The notes: generated from the letters alone by a model not told the origin. A stretch of DNA of 64,000 nucleotides from Eledone cirrhosa (GCA_964016885.1 OZ024742.1:143778001-143842000), one strand, 5' to 3'; counted from the first letter of the stretch, positions 1-17,695 are shown. Made by a program: numbers and translations.

Positions 1-3000
1 CCACCACGACAACCACCACCACAACCACAATCACAAGCACAACCACCACCACAACCACCACCACAACCACCACTAACACCACCACCACAACCACCAACAC
101 AACCACCACCACAACCACCACCACAACCACGACCACAACCACCACCACAAACACCACCACAAACACCACCACAACCACCACCTCAACCACCACAACATCC
201 ACCACCACAACCACCACCACAACCACCACCATCACCACAATCACAACCACAACCACCACCACAACCACCACCACAACCACCACCACAACCACCACGACAA
301 ACACCACCACAACCACCTGCTCAACCACCACCACAACCACCACCACCACCACAACCACCACCACAACCGCCACCACAACACCACCAAAACCACCACCACG
401 ATCACAACAACAACCACCACGACAAACATCACCACAACCACCACCACAACCACCACCACAACCACCACCACAACCACCACCACAACCACCACCGCAACCA
501 CCACCGCCACCACCACGCAACCAGCACCACAACCACCACCACAACCACCACCTCAACCACCACCACAACCACCACCACAACCACCACCACAACCACAACC
601 ACAATCACAACCACAACCACGACCACAACCACGACCACAACCACCACCACAACCACGACCACAACCACCACCACAACCACCACCACAACCACCACCATAA
701 CCACCTCCACCACCACCACAACCACCACCACAACCACCACCACAACCACAACCACAATCACAACCACAACCACGACCACAACCACAACCACCACCATCAC
801 CACAATCACAACCACAACCACCACCACAACCACCACCACAACCACCACCACAACCACCACGACAAACACCACCACAACCACCTGCTCAACCACCACCACA
901 ACCACCACCACCACCACAACCACCACCACAACCGCCACCACAACACCACCAAAACCACCACCACGATCACAACAACAACCACCACGACAAACATCACCAC
1001 AACCACCACCACAACCACCACCACAACCACCACCACAACCACCACCACAACCACCACCGCAACCACCACCGCCACCACCACGCAACCAGCACCACAACCA
1101 CCACCACAACCACCACCTCAACCACCACCACAACCACCACCACAACCACCACCACAACCACAACCACAATCACAACCACAACCACGACCACAACCACGAC
1201 CACAACCACCACCACAACCACGACCACAACCACCACCACAACCACCACCACAACCACCACCATAACCACCTCCACCACCACCACCAAAACCACCACCACA
1301 ATCACCATCTCAACCACTACCACAACCACCACCACAACCACCACCACCACCACCACAACCACCATTACAACCACCACCACAACCACCACCACAACCACCA
1401 CCACAACCACCACCATAACCACCACCACAACCACCACGACAACCACCACCACAACCACCACCTCAACCACCGCCACAACCACCACCACCAACACAACCAC
1501 CACCACGACCGCCACCACAACCGCCACCACAACCACCACCAAAACCACCACCACAATCACAACAACAACCACCACGACAAACATCACCACAACCACCACC
1601 ACAACCACCACCACAACCACCACCACAACCACCACCACAACCACCACCGCAACCACCACCGCCACCACCACGCAACCACCACCACAACCACCACCACAAC
1701 CACCACCACAACCAACACCTGAACCACCACCACAAACACCACCACAACCACCACTACAATCACAACCACAACCCCCACCACAACCACCACCACAACCCCA
1801 CCTCAACCTCCACCACAACCACCACCACAACCACCACCACAACCACCAGTACAACCACCACCACAACCACCACCACGATAAAAACCACAACCACCTCCAC
1901 AACCACCACCACAACCACCACCACAACCACCACCACAACCACCACCGCAACCACTACCACAACCACCACCAAAACCACCACCACAATCACAAACACAAAC
2001 ACAACCACCACTACAACCACCACCACAACCTCCACCAAAACCATCACCACAACCACCACTACAATCACAACCACAACCACCACCACAACCACCACCAAAA
2101 CCACCACCAAAACCACCACCACAACCACCACCTCAACCACCACCACAATCACCACGATAAACACCACCACAACCACCCTGACAACCACCACGACAACCAC
2201 CACCTCAACCACCACGACAACCACCACCACAACCACCACCAAAACCACCACCACAACCACCACCACAACCACCACCGCAACCATCACCACAACCACCACC
2301 ACAACCACCACCACATATACCACCACAACTACCACCACAACCAAACACCACAACCACCCCGACAACCACCACGACAACCACCACCTCAACCACCACGACA
2401 ACCACCACCACAACCACCACCAAAACCACCACCACAACCACCACCACAACCACCACCACAACCACCACCACATATACCACCACAACTACCACCACAACCA
2501 AACACCACAACCACCACCACAACCACCACCACAACCACAACCACAATCACAACCACAACCAGCAGCACAAGCATCACCACAATCACAACCACAACCAGCA
2601 CCACAGCCACCACTCACAACCAGCACCACAACCACCACCGCAACCACCACCGCAACCACCACCACAACCACCTCCACAACCACCACCACAATCACAACCA
2701 CAACCACCACTACAACCACCACTACCACCACCACCAAAACCACCACCAAAACCACCACCACAACCACCACCACAACCACCACCATAACCACCACCACAAC
2801 CACCACGACAACCACCAACACAACCACCACCTCAACCACCACCACAACCACCACCACAACCACGACCACAACCACCACCACAACCACCACCACAACCACC
2901 ACCACAACCACCACCAAAACCACCACCACAACCACCACCACAACCACCACCAAAACCACCACCACAACCACCACCACAATCACCACGACAACCACCACGA

Positions 3001-4604
3001 CAACTACCACCACAACCACAACCACAATCACAAGCACAACCACCACCACAACCACCACCACAACCACCACTAACACCACCACCACAACCACCACCACAAC
3101 CACCAACACAACCACCACCACAACCACCACCACAACCACCACCACAACCACCACCACAACCACCACCACAATCACAACGACAACCAGCACCACAACCACC
3201 ACCACAATCACAACCACAACCACCACCACAGCCACCACCACAACCACCAACACAACACCACCACAACCACCAACACAACCACCACGACAACCACCACCAC
3301 AACCACCAACACAACCACCACGACAACCAACAGCGCAACCACCTCCACAACCACCACCACAATCACAACCACAACCACAACCACCACTACAACCACCACC
3401 ACAACCACCACCACAACCACCACCACAACCACCACCACAACCACCACCACAACCACCACCACAACCACCACCAAAACCACCACCACAACCACCACCACAA
3501 CCACCACCAAAACCACCACCACAACCACCACCACAATCACCACGACAACCACCACGACAACTACCACCACAACCACAACCACAATCACAAGCACAACCAC
3601 CACCACAACCACCACCACAACCACCACTAACACCACCACCACAACCACCACCACAACCACCAACACAACCACCACCACAACCACCACCACAACCACCACC
3701 ACAACCACCACCACAACCACCACCACAATCACAACGACAACCAGCACCACAACCACCACCACAACCACCACCAAAACCACCACCACAACCACCACCACAA
3801 TCACCACGACAACCACCACGACAACTACCACCACAACCACAACCACAATCACAAGCACAACCACCACCACAACCACCACCACAACCACCACTAACACCAC
3901 CACCACAACCACCACCACAACCACCAACACAACCACCACCACAACCACCACCACAACCACCACCACAACCACCACCACAACCACCACCACAATCACAACC
4001 ACAACCACCACCACAACCACCACCACAACCACCACCAAAACCACCACCACAACCACCACCACAATCACCACGACAACCACCACGACAACTACCACCACAA
4101 CCACAACCACAATCACAAGCACAACCACCACCACAACCACCACCACAACCACCACCACAACCACCACCACAATCACAACCACAACCACCACCACAGCCAC
4201 CACCACAACCACCAACACAACACCACCACAGCCACCACCACAACCACCAACACAACACCACCACAACCACCAACACAACCACCACGACAACCACCACCAC
4301 AACCACCAACACAACCACCACGACAACCAACAGCGCAACCACCTCCACAACCACCACCACAACCACCACCACAACCACCACCACAATCAAAACCACAACC
4401 ACCACCGCAACCACCACCACAACGACCACCACAACCACCACCACAACCACCACCAGAACTACCACCACAACCACCACCACAACCACCACCACTACAAACA
4501 CCACAACAACCAACGCAACCACCACCGCAACCGCCACCGCAACCACCACCACAACCACAACCACAACCACCACCACCACCACCATCACCATCATCATCAT
4601 CACC

Positions 4605-4635
<31 letters not shown>

Positions 4636-4783
4636 TCATCGCCATCATCACTATCATCACCGTCACCGTCACCATTACCATCACCAGCATCAACATCATC
4701 ATCACCATCACCATCATCATCACCATCATCATCACCATCATCATCACCATCATCACCATCATCACCATCATCATCACCATCAC

Positions 4784-4821
<38 letters not shown>

Positions 4822-7800
4822 CAATCATCATCACCCCCACCCCCACCACCACCATCACCATCATCATCATCACCATCATCGCCATCATCATCACCATCAC
4901 CATCATCATCATCATCATCACCATCATCACCATCATCATCATCACCATCACCATCATCATCATCATCATCATCATCACCATCATCACCATCACCATCACC
5001 ATCACCATTACCATCACCACCATCATCATCATCATCATCATCATCATCAGCACTATCATCATCCTTGTGGTAAATCACACAACTGCAATCATCATCATCA
5101 TCATCATCATCAAGGTAAATCACACCTCTGTTGTCGTCATCGTTACAATATTTATCTTCATAATCATTATAAACCTCATCATCATTATCCTCTTCGTCCT
5201 TCGTTGTCATCATCATCATCACCGCAACCACCACCACAACCACCACCACAACCACCACCACAACCACCACCACAACCACCACCATAACCACCACCACAAC
5301 CACCACCACAACCACCACCAAAACCACCACCACAACCACCACCACAACCACCACCATGACCACCACCACAACCACCACCACAACCACCACCATAACCACC
5401 ACCACAACCACCACCACAACCACCACCGCAACCGCCACCACAACCACCACCACAACCACCACCACAACCACCACCACAACCACCACCACAACCACCACCA
5501 CAACCACCACCGCAACCGCCACCACAACCACCACCACAACCACCACCTCATCCACCACCACAACCACCACCACAACCACCACCACAGGCACCCCCACAAC
5601 CACCACCACAACCACCACCACAACCACCACCACAACCACCACCATAACCACCACCACAACCACCACCACAACCACCACCGCAACCGCCACCAAAACCACC
5701 ACCACAACCACCACCTCATCCACCACCACAACCACCACAACAACCACCACAACAACCATCACCACAACCACCACCACAACCACCACCGCAACCACCACCA
5801 CGACCACCAACACAACCACGACACAACCACCACCACAACCACCACCACAACCACCACCACAACCACCACCACAACCGCCACCACAACCACCACCACAACC
5901 ACCATCACAACCAGTACCACAACCATCACCGCAACAACCACCACAACCACCACCACAACCACCACCACAACCATCACCACAACCACCACCACAATCACAA
6001 CCACAACCACCACTACAAACACCACCACAACCACCACAAAAATCACCACCACAACCACCACCACAATCACAACCAAAACCACCGCCACAAGCAACACCAA
6101 AACCACCACCAAAACCACCACCGCAACCACCACCAAAACCACCACCAAAACCACAACCACAAACACAACTACAACCGCCACCACAACCACCACCACAACC
6201 ACCACCACAACCACCACCAGAACTACCACCACTACCAACACCATAACCACCTCCACAACCACCACCACAACCACCACCACAATCACCACCTCAACCACTA
6301 CCACAACCACCACCACAATCACAACCACAACCTCCACCACAATTTCTACCACAACCACCACCACAATTACTACCACAACCACCACCACAATTACTACCAC
6401 AACCACCACCACAACCACAACCACCACCACAATTACTACCACAACCACCACCACAATTACTACCACAACCACCACCACCACCACAACCACAAACACCACC
6501 ACAATTACTACCACAACCACCACCACAACCACCACCACAACCACCACCGCAACCACCACCACAATTACTACAACAACCACCACGACAACTACCACCACAA
6601 CCACCACCACAACAACCACCACAACCACCACCGCAACCATCACCACAACTACCACCACAACCACCACCACAATTACTACCACAACCACCACCACAAACAC
6701 CACCACAACCACCACCACAACCACAACCACAACCACCACCACAATTACTACCACAACCACCACCACAAACACCACCACAACCACCACCACAAACACCACC
6801 ACAATTACTACCACAACCACCACCACAACCACCACCACAACCACCACCCCAACCACAACTACAACCACCACCACAACCACCACCACCACCACAACCACCA
6901 CCAGAACTACCACCACAACCACCACCAAAACCACCTCCACAACCACCACCACAACCACCACCACAACCACCACCACAACCACCACCACAACCACCACCGC
7001 AACCACCACCACAATTACTACCACAACCACCACGACAACTACCACCACAACCACCACCACAACAACCACCACAACCACCACCGCAACCATCACCACAACC
7101 ACCACCACAACCACCACCACAATTACTACCACAACCACCCCCACAAACACCACCACAAACACCACCACAACCACCACAACAACCACCACCACAACCATCA
7201 CCACAATCACAACCACAACCACCACCACAACCACCACCACAACCACCACCACAATCACCACCACAACCACCACCACAATCACAACCACAACCACCACCAC
7301 AATTTCTACCGCAACCACCACCACAATTACTACCACAACCACCACCACAACCACCACCGCAACCACCACCGCCACCACCACGCAACCATGACCACACCCA
7401 CCACCACAACCACCACCTCACCACCACCACAACCACCACCACAAACACCACCACAACCACCACCACAATCACAACCACGACCACAACCACCACCACAACC
7501 ACCACCACAACCACCACCACAACCACCACCACAACCACCACCACAACAACCATCACAACCACCAGCACAACCACAACCACAATCACAACCACAACCAGCA
7601 CCACAACAACCATCACAACCACCACCACAACCACCATCACAACCAGCACCACAACCATCACCGCAACAACCACCACAACCACCACCACAACCAGCACCAC
7701 AACCACCACCACAACCACCACCACAACCACCACCACAAACACCACCACAAACACCACCACAACCACCACCTCAACCACCACAACATCCACCACCACAACC

Positions 7801-10800
7801 ACCACCACAACCACCACCACAAAAATCACCACAATCACAACCACAACCACCACCACAACCACCACCACTATCACCACCACAACCACCACCACAATCACAA
7901 CCACAACCACCACCACAATTTCTACCACAACCACCACCACAATTACTACCACAACCACCACCACAATTACTACCACAACCACCACCACAATTACTACCAC
8001 AACCACCAGCACAACCATAACCACCACCACAATTACTACCACAACCACCACCACCACCACAACCACAAACACCACCACAATTACTACTACAACCACCACC
8101 ACAACCACCACCACACACACCACCGCAACCACCACAACAACCACCACCACAACCACCACCGCAATTACTACCACAACCACCACGACAACTACCACCACAA
8201 CCACCACCACAACAACCACCACAACCACCACCGCAACCACCACCACAATCACCACCACAACCACCACCACAATTACTACCACAACCACCACCACAAACAC
8301 CACCACAACCACCACCACAACCACAACCACAACCACCACCACAATTACTACCACAACCACCACCACAACCACCACCACAACCACCACCACAATTACTACC
8401 ACAACCACCACCACAACCACCACCACAACCACAACCACAACCACCACCGCAACCACCACCACAATTACTACCACAACCACCACCACAACCACCACCACAA
8501 CCACCACCACAACCACCACCACAAACACCACCACAAACACCACCACAACCACCACCACAACCACAACCACCACCACAACCACCACCACAACCACAACCGC
8601 AACCACAACCACAACCACCACCACAATCACCACCACAACCACCACCACAACCACCACCACAACCACCACCACAACCACCACCACAACCACAACCACAACC
8701 ACCACCACAACCACCATCACAACCGCAACCACAACCACAACCAGCACCACAACTACCACCACAACCACAACCGCAACCACAACCACAACCACCACCACAA
8801 CCACAACCACAACCACAACCACCACCACAACCACCACCACAACCACCACCACAACCACCACCACCACCACAACCACAACCACCACCACAACCACCACCAC
8901 AACCACCACCACAACCACCACCACAACCACCACCACAACCACCACCACCAACACAACCACAACCACCACCACAACCACCACCACAACGACCATCACAACC
9001 GCAACCACAACCACAACCACCACCACAACTACCACCAGAACCACAACCGCAACCACAACTACCACCACCACCACAACCACAACCACCACCACAACCACCA
9101 CCACAACTACGACCACAACCACGACCACAACCACCACCACAACCACCATCACAACCACCAGCACAACCACAATCACAACCACAACCAGCACCACAACCAC
9201 TATCACAGCCACCACCACAACCACCATCACAACCAGCACCACAACCATCACCGCAACAACCACCACAACCACCACCACAACCACCACCACAACCACCACC
9301 ACAACCACCACCACAACCACCACCACAAACACCACCACAAACACCACCACAACCACCTCAACCACCACAACATCCACCACCACAACCACCACCACAACCA
9401 CCACCACAACCATCACCACAATCACAACCACAACCACCACCACAACCACCACCACAACCACCACCACAACCACCACCACAATCACCACCACAACCACCAC
9501 CATAATCACAACCACAACCACCACAACAATTTCTACCACAACCACCACCACAATTACTACCACAACCACCACCACAATTACTACCACAACCACCACAACC
9601 ACAACCACCACCACAATTACTACCACAACCACCACCACAATTACTACCACAACCACCACCACCACTACAACCACAAACACCAGCGCAACCATCACCACAA
9701 CCACCACCACAACCACCACCACAATTTCTACCACAACCACCACCACAATTACTACCACAACCACCACCGCAACCACCGCCACAAACACCACAACAACCAC
9801 CACCACAATTACTACCACAACCACCACGACAACTACCACCACAACCACCACCACAACAACCACTACAACCACCACCGCAACCATCACCACAACCACCACC
9901 ACAACCACCACCACAATTACTACCACAACCACCACCACAAACACCACCACAACCACCACCACAACCACCACCACAACCACCACCACAACCACCACCAGAA
10001 CTACCACCACAACCACCACCATAACCACCTCCACAACCACCACCACAATTACTACCACAACCACCACCACAACCACCACCACAACCACCACCGCAACCAC
10101 CACCACAATTACTACCACAACCACCACGACAACTACCACCACAACCACCACCACAACAACCACCACAACCACCACCGCAACCATCACCACAACTACCACC
10201 ACAACCACCACCACAATTACTACCACAACCACCACCACAAACACCACCACAACCACCACCACAACCACAACCACAACCACCACCACAATTACTACCACAA
10301 CCACCACCACAAACACCACCACAACCACCACCACAAACACCACCACAATTACTACCACAACCACCACCACAACCACCACCACAAACACTACCTCAACCAC
10401 TACCACAACCACCACCACAACCACCACCACCACCACAACCACCATTACAACAACCACCACAACCACCACCACAACCACCACCACAACCACCACCATAACC
10501 ACCACCACAACCCCCACGACAACCACCACCACAACCACCACCTCAACCACCACAACATCCACCACCACAACCACCACCACAACCACCACCACAACCACCA
10601 CCACAACCACCACCACAACACCACCACAAACACCACCACAAACACCACCACAACCACCACCACAACCACCACCACAACCACCACCACAACCACCACCACA
10701 ACCATCACCACAATCACAACCACAACCACCACCACAACCACCACCACAACCACCACCATAACCACCACCACAACCACGACCACAATCACCACCACAACCA

Positions 10801-13800
10801 CCACCACAATCACAACCACAACCACCACCACAATTTCTACCACAACCACCACCACAATTACTACCACAACCACCACCACAATTACTACCACAACCACCAC
10901 CACAATTACTACCACAACCACCACCATCACCACAACCACAAACACCACCACAATTACTACCACAACCACCACCACAACCACCACCACAACCACCACCGCA
11001 ACCACCACCACAACCACCACCACAACCACCACCACAATTACTACCACAACCACCACGACAACTACCACCACAACCACCACCACAACAACCACCAGTACCA
11101 CCACCGCAACCACCACCACAATCACCACCACAACCACCACCACAATTACTACCACAACCACCACCACAAACACCACCACAACCACCACCACAACCACAAC
11201 CACCACCACAATTACTACCACAACCACCACCACAACCACCACCACAACCACCACCACAACCACCACCACAAACACCACCACAAACACCACCACAACCACA
11301 ACCGCAACCACAACCACCACCACCACCACAACCACAACCACCACCACAACCACCACCACAACTACGACCACAACCACGACCACGACCACCACCACAACCA
11401 CCATCACAACCACCAGCACAACCACAATCACAACCACAACCAGCACCACAACCACTATCACAGCCACCACCACAACCACCATCACAACCAGCACCACAAC
11501 CATCACCGCAACAACCACCACAACCACCACCACAACCACCACCACAACCACCACCACAACCACCACCACAACCACCACCACAAACACCACCACAAACGCC
11601 ACCACAACCACCACCTCAACCACCACAACATCCACCACCACAACCACCACCACAACCACCACCACAACCATCACCACAATCACAACCACAACCACCACCA
11701 CAACCACCACCACAACCACCACCACAACCACCACCACAACCACCACCACAATCACCACCACAACCACCACCATAATCACAACCACAACCACCACCACAAT
11801 TTCTACCACAACCACCACCACAATTACTACCACAACCACCACCACAATTACTACCACAACCACCACCACAACCACAACCACCACCACAATTACTACCACA
11901 ACCACCACCACAATTACTACCACAACCACCACCACCACTACAACCACAAACACCAGCGCAACCATCACCACAACCACCACCACAACCACCAACACAATTT
12001 CTACCACAACCACCACCACAATTACTACCACAACCACCACCGCAACCACCGCCACAAACACCACCACAACCACCACCACAATTACTACCACAACCACCAC
12101 GACAACTCCACCACAACCACCACCACAACAACCACCACAACCACCACCGCAACCATCACCACAACCACCACCACAACCACCACCACAATTACTACCACAA
12201 CCACCACCACAAACACCACCACAACCACCACCACAACCACCACCACAACCACCACCACAACCACCACCAGAACTACCACCACAACCACCACCATAACCAC
12301 CTCCACAACCACCACCACAACCACCACCACAATCACTACCTCAACCACTACCACAACCACCACCACAACCACCACCACCACCACAACCACCATTACAACA
12401 ACCACCACAACCACCACCACAACCACCACCACAACCACCACCATAACCACCACCACAACCACCACCACAACCACCACCACAACCACCACCTCAACCACCA
12501 CAACATCCACCACCACAACCACCACCACAACCACCACCACAACCACCACCACAACCACCACCACAACACCACCACAAACACCACCACAAACACCACCACA
12601 ACCACCACTACAACCACCACCACAACCACCACCACAACCACCACCACAACCATCACCACAATCACAACCACAACCACCACCACAACCACCACCACAACCA
12701 CCACCACAACCACCACCACAACCCACCACCACAACCACCACCACAACACCACCCACAACCACCCCACACACCAACCACCACCCACCCCACCACATTACAC
12801 CACAACCACCACCACAATTACTACCACAACCACCACCACAATTACTACCACAACCACCCCCACACCACAACCACAACCACCACCACAACCACCACCACAC
12901 ACCACCAACCACCACCAACCACAACCACAACCACCACCACCACCCACCACACCCACCACACCACCCACCACAACCACCACCACAACCACAACCACCACCA
13001 CAACCACAACCACCACCACCACCCCCACAACCCACCACCACAACCACCACCACCCACCACCACCCACCACCACCACCACAACCCCCACCACAACCACCAC
13101 CACAACCCACCACCACAACCACCACCCACCCACCACCACACCACAACCCACCACCACACCCCACCACAACTACCACACACCCAACCACAACCACAACCAC
13201 ACCACCACCACCACCACAACCAACCCCCAACCGCAACCACAACCACCACCACCACCACAACCACAACCACCACCGACAACCACCACCACAACCACCATCA
13301 CAACCGCAACCACAACCACAACCACCACCACATCCACCACCACCACCACAACCACAACCACCACCACAACCACCACCACAACCACCACCACAACCACCAC
13401 CACAACCACCACCACAACCACCACCACAACCACCACCACCACCACAACCACCACCACAACCACAACCACCACCACAACCACCACCACAACCACCACCACA
13501 ACCACAACCACCACCACAACCACCACCACAACCACCACCACCACCACAACCACCACCACAACCACCACCACAACCACCACCACAATTACTACCACAACCA
13601 CCACCACAACCACCACCACAACCACCACCACAACCACCACCACAACCACCACCACAACCACCACCACAACCACCACCACAACCACCACCACAACCACCAC
13701 CGCAACCACCACCACAACCACCACCGCAACCACCACCACAAGCACCACCACAACCACCATCACAACCGCAACCACAACCACAACCAACACCACAACCACA

Positions 13801-15257
13801 ACCACCACCACAACCACCACCACAACCACCACCACAACCACAACCACAACCACCACCACAACCACCACCACAACCACCACCACAACCACCACCACCACCA
13901 CAACCACAACCACAACCACCACCACAACCACCACCACAATTACTACCACAACCACCACCACAACCACCACCACAACCACAACCACAACCACCCCCGCAAC
14001 CACCACCACAATTACTACCACAACCACCACCACAACCACCACCACAACCACCACCACAACCACCACCGCAACCACCACCACAACCACCACCCCAACCGCA
14101 ACCACAACCACCACCACAACCACTACCACAACCACCACCACAACCACCACCACAACCACCACCACAACCACCACCACAACCACCACCACAAACACCACCA
14201 CAACCACCACCACAACCACAACCACAACCACCACCACAACCACCACCACAACCGCCACCACAACCACCACCACAAACACCACCACAACCACCACCACAAC
14301 CACCACCACAAACACCACCACAACCACCACCACAACCACCACCACAACCACCACCACAACCACCACCACAAACACCACCACAACTACCACCACAACCACA
14401 ACCACCACCACAACCACAACCACCACCACAACCACCACCACAATTACTACCACAACCACCACCACAACCACCACCACAACCACCACCACAATTACTACCA
14501 CAACCACCACCACAACCACAACCACCACCACAACCACCACCACAACCACCACCACAACCACCACCACAACCACCACCACAACCATCACCACAACCACCAC
14601 CACAACCACCACCACAACCACCACCACAATTACTACCACAACCACCACCACAACCACAACCACCACCACAACCACCACCACAACCACCACCACAACCACC
14701 ACCACAAACACCACCACAACCACCACCACAACCACCACCACAACCACCACCACAACCACCACCACAAACACCACCACAACTACCACCACAACCACAACCA
14801 CCACCACAACCACCACCACAACCGCCACCACAACCACCACCACAACCATAACCACCACCACAATTCCTACCGCAACCACAACCACCACCACAACCACAAC
14901 CACCACCACAACCACCACCACAATTACTACCACAACCACCACCACAACCACCACCACAACCACCACCACAACCACAACCACCACCACAACCACCACCACA
15001 ACCACCACCACAACCACCACCACAACCACCACCACAACCACCACCACAACCACCACCACAACCACCACCACAACCACCACCACAACCACCACCACAACCA
15101 CCACCACAACCACCACCACAACCACCACCACAATTACTACCACAACCACAACCACAACCACAACCACCACCACAACCACCACCACAACCACCACCACAAC
15201 CACCACCACAACCACCACCACAACCACCACCACAATTACTACCAGCACCACAACCAC
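1..15257. repeat. Large low-complexity satellite, 9-bp base unit ACCACCACA with variants (ATTACT, ATC, ACG, GCA) and higher-order duplications
   Basis: Directly visible; runs off the window start. Identical 91-aa ORFs at 241-516 and 806-1081 show a 565-bp duplication. Poly-V/W/T/P/H ORFs are frame translations of the repeat. Confidence 0.95.
4583..5220. repeat. (ATC/CAT)n trinucleotide block with short unique pieces, embedded in the satellite
   Basis: Unit switches from ACCACCACA to (CAT)n/(CACCAT)n and back; GGTAAATCACAC occurs twice (about 5069 and 5114). Confidence 0.85.
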
Positions 15258-15530
15258 TATCGTTTTATTGCCGTCTCATTTACCTTCAAAGATCATCATC
15301 ACCATCATCTCCATCATCACCATCATCATTATTAGCCTTATTGACATCAACGGCATAAGAGAAGCGTCAACGTCCAAGCAACCTCCCCGTCTCTTCTACA
15401 TCCTATCCTCTGCTCCTCCTCCCCCTCCTCCTCCTACTACTACTACTACTAACCCATCGTCGTTGTCACTGTTGTCATGCGCAGTCATATAATATCCAAT
15501 GTCTGATCCCTTACTGTACAATGTTCTCAT

Positions 15531-15712
15531 TGGCAGTATCGGTAGAGGGTCGGACGCCATACTTTGATGCATAGAGTTACGGCCCTTGCCATTCTGAGTT
15601 CAAATCCCGCTGAGGTTAACTTTGCCTTTCATCCTTACGGGGTCGATAAAATAAAGTACCAGTAATGCACTGGGTGTTTGCTGGCCTTGTGCCTAAAGTA
15701 GAAACAATTATT
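15531..15712 (+). mobile_element. tRNA-derived SINE, family 1
   Basis: A-box-like TGGCAGTATCGG, B-box GAGTTCAAATCC, conserved GCCTTTCATCCTTACGGGGTCGATAAAATAAAGTACCAG, (ATT)n-like tail; many near-identical copies in the window. Confidence 0.85.
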
Positions 15713-15782
15713 CCTCTAATAATTATGTATGTATATCTACATACATATATATATAGATATATATATACATAAATAATATTCA

Positions 15783-16090
15783 TATATAAAGGAACAAGGA
15801 ATCAGTGTTACATCATATAAATATTCAATTACATATTGCATATGTTTCACTGTCGATCAGCTCGAGGAACGATCTATTAATGATCGAACCTGACTCAGGA
15901 ATCGTTCCTCGAACTGATCGACAGTGAAACATGTAATATGTAATTACATATGTATATGATGCAACAATGTATATGATTCAATTCTTTGTTCCTTTATATA
16001 TTAATACTATTGATACTCTGCTCCCCAAGAGCATCGAGTGCTCACCCGGCATACCTCCTACGGACCCAATTAACTTACACCTTAACACCT
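15783..16090. mobile_element. Fold-back element, PLE pLTR-like, with hammerhead 3' half
   Basis: Inverted arms 15783-15873 and 15901-16000, 27-nt spacer; GAAACATGTA at 15926-15935; one-sided tail with TCGAGTGCTC; TA-rich flanks. Confidence 0.55.
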
Positions 16091-16232
16091 ATATAAATAG
16101 CCGTTTTGGAAGCCTCAACAATGCAGTTGGGTAAATCTCCGGGTAACAGAATCATGTGGTGATGAGAGAGATCTAAGAGGAAGCGTAGAAAGAGACGTAC
16201 AGAGTGTAGAAGAACATAGGAAAAGAGTAAAA

Positions 16233-16326
16233 AATAATTGTTTCTACTTTAGGCACAAGGCCGGCAATTACCAGTGCATTACTGGTACTTTATTTTATCG
16301 ACCCCGTAAGGATGAAAGGCAAAGTA
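16233..16326 (-). mobile_element. SINE family 1, 3' half
   Basis: Reverse complement of the family-1 core and tail. Confidence 0.8.
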
Positions 16327-17034
16327 AAAAAAAAAAAAAAAGTGTAAAAAAAGTGTAACACGAGATAGAGTTACCTTGGAAGTGATTTAATAGTCTCTAT
16401 ATTTCGGATTTCGCATCCATCAACTGGGGATTTTCCGAGGGAAAAAACACTCAAACCTATCAAGTGCAAGAGAAATAAATATCTTATACTTAAATTTTTA
16501 GTTTGAACAATTAACGGGGTGAGTTTGTAATGGTATATGTATAGAGATATGTAAGGTATATGTATAGAGAGAGAGAGAGGGGGGGGGAGAGAATGAAGTA
16601 AGAAATAGACATTGACAGGCTACAATAGCTACTGACCTACGGCCAAGTCAGTAGGGGTCAGCAGCTACTGGCCAAAATTTAACTGTTGCGATCAGAAGCT
16701 GTGACCAAGTGAGAAACAGACAGTTGGTTTGTACCGTCTTTTATACACGAATATGACAACCTGCTGCGTTTGTTCATTTGCTGGGATTTGTGTACTAAAA
16801 TCAGTTGCTTATTGATTTGACGTTATAGTGATAAGAAAATGGCCATTGTATACGAGACAATAACAAGCTGGTTATATACGGCTTCATTACACACACGTGT
16901 GCATGCAAACACACACACATGCACACACACAGGTACACACAAACATACTCACGAAAAATATATATATACATAGGTATATATGACACTTTGCAAGCCTGTG
17001 AGGTAACCGAAACGGAAGAGCTCGTCGGTGGAAT

Positions 17035-17104
17035 TATATCGTATTTCTCTTACTATCTCACTTATATATATATATAAGTGAGATAGTAAGAGAAATACGA
17101 TATA
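17035..17104. repeat. Perfect 70-bp palindrome centred on (AT)6
   Basis: TCGTATTTCTCTTACTATCTCACTT(AT)6AAGTGAGATAGTAAGAGAAATACGA, checked base by base. Confidence 0.9.
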
Positions 17105-17370
17105 TATATATATATCTTATATATATATATATAAGTATGTACACGTACATACATATATGTATACAGACGTACAGTAGTATGTATATATATATACATACAT
17201 GCACACATATATATATATGTACGTATGGATTATAATATGTACGAGCATTATAATAAATGTTCGTTGAATCCATACGTACATATATATTTAAGTAACAGCC
17301 GTACTAAGAGTGGGAAATGAAATTTCGTTTCATTTTTTCCGTTTATATATATATATATATATATATATAT

Positions 17371-17692
17371 TAACAAATGGAAACTATATTTATAAAACCA
17401 TATTTATTTCAATATACATATTTCAAGGACACCAAAGCAAATTATGGTGCGCTTTCATCAGATAACTATCCGGGAGCTTCCAACAGATATGGTCGCATTC
17501 TTTTAGTCAATAAAGCGCACCATCATTTGCTTTGGTGTCCTTGAAATATGTATAATGAAATAAATATGGTTTTATAAATATAGTTTCCATTTGTTAATAT
17601 ATTGTATTTTTACTCCAAAAATTTGTTGAGTGCTTTATATCAGTTATAAAAATATTTGCTTGTTGTATCCCAACAAATTAAATATAACTTCT

Positions 17693-17695
<3 letters not shown>
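17371..17695. mobile_element. Fold-back hammerhead element, family A (internally deleted copy)
   Basis: Arms about 17371-17455 and 17511-17597 plus tail to 17695; matches 44953-45588; (TA)n on both sides; minus-strand hammerhead 17407-17465 has a mismatch at position 1.1. Confidence 0.75.

Noticed and set aside
241-15257. Very long ORFs (up to 1441 aa) of poly-V/W/G-C/T/P/H
   Set aside because: Open only because the 9-bp repeat lacks stops; overlapping ORFs in all frames on both strands; no domain or signal peptide.
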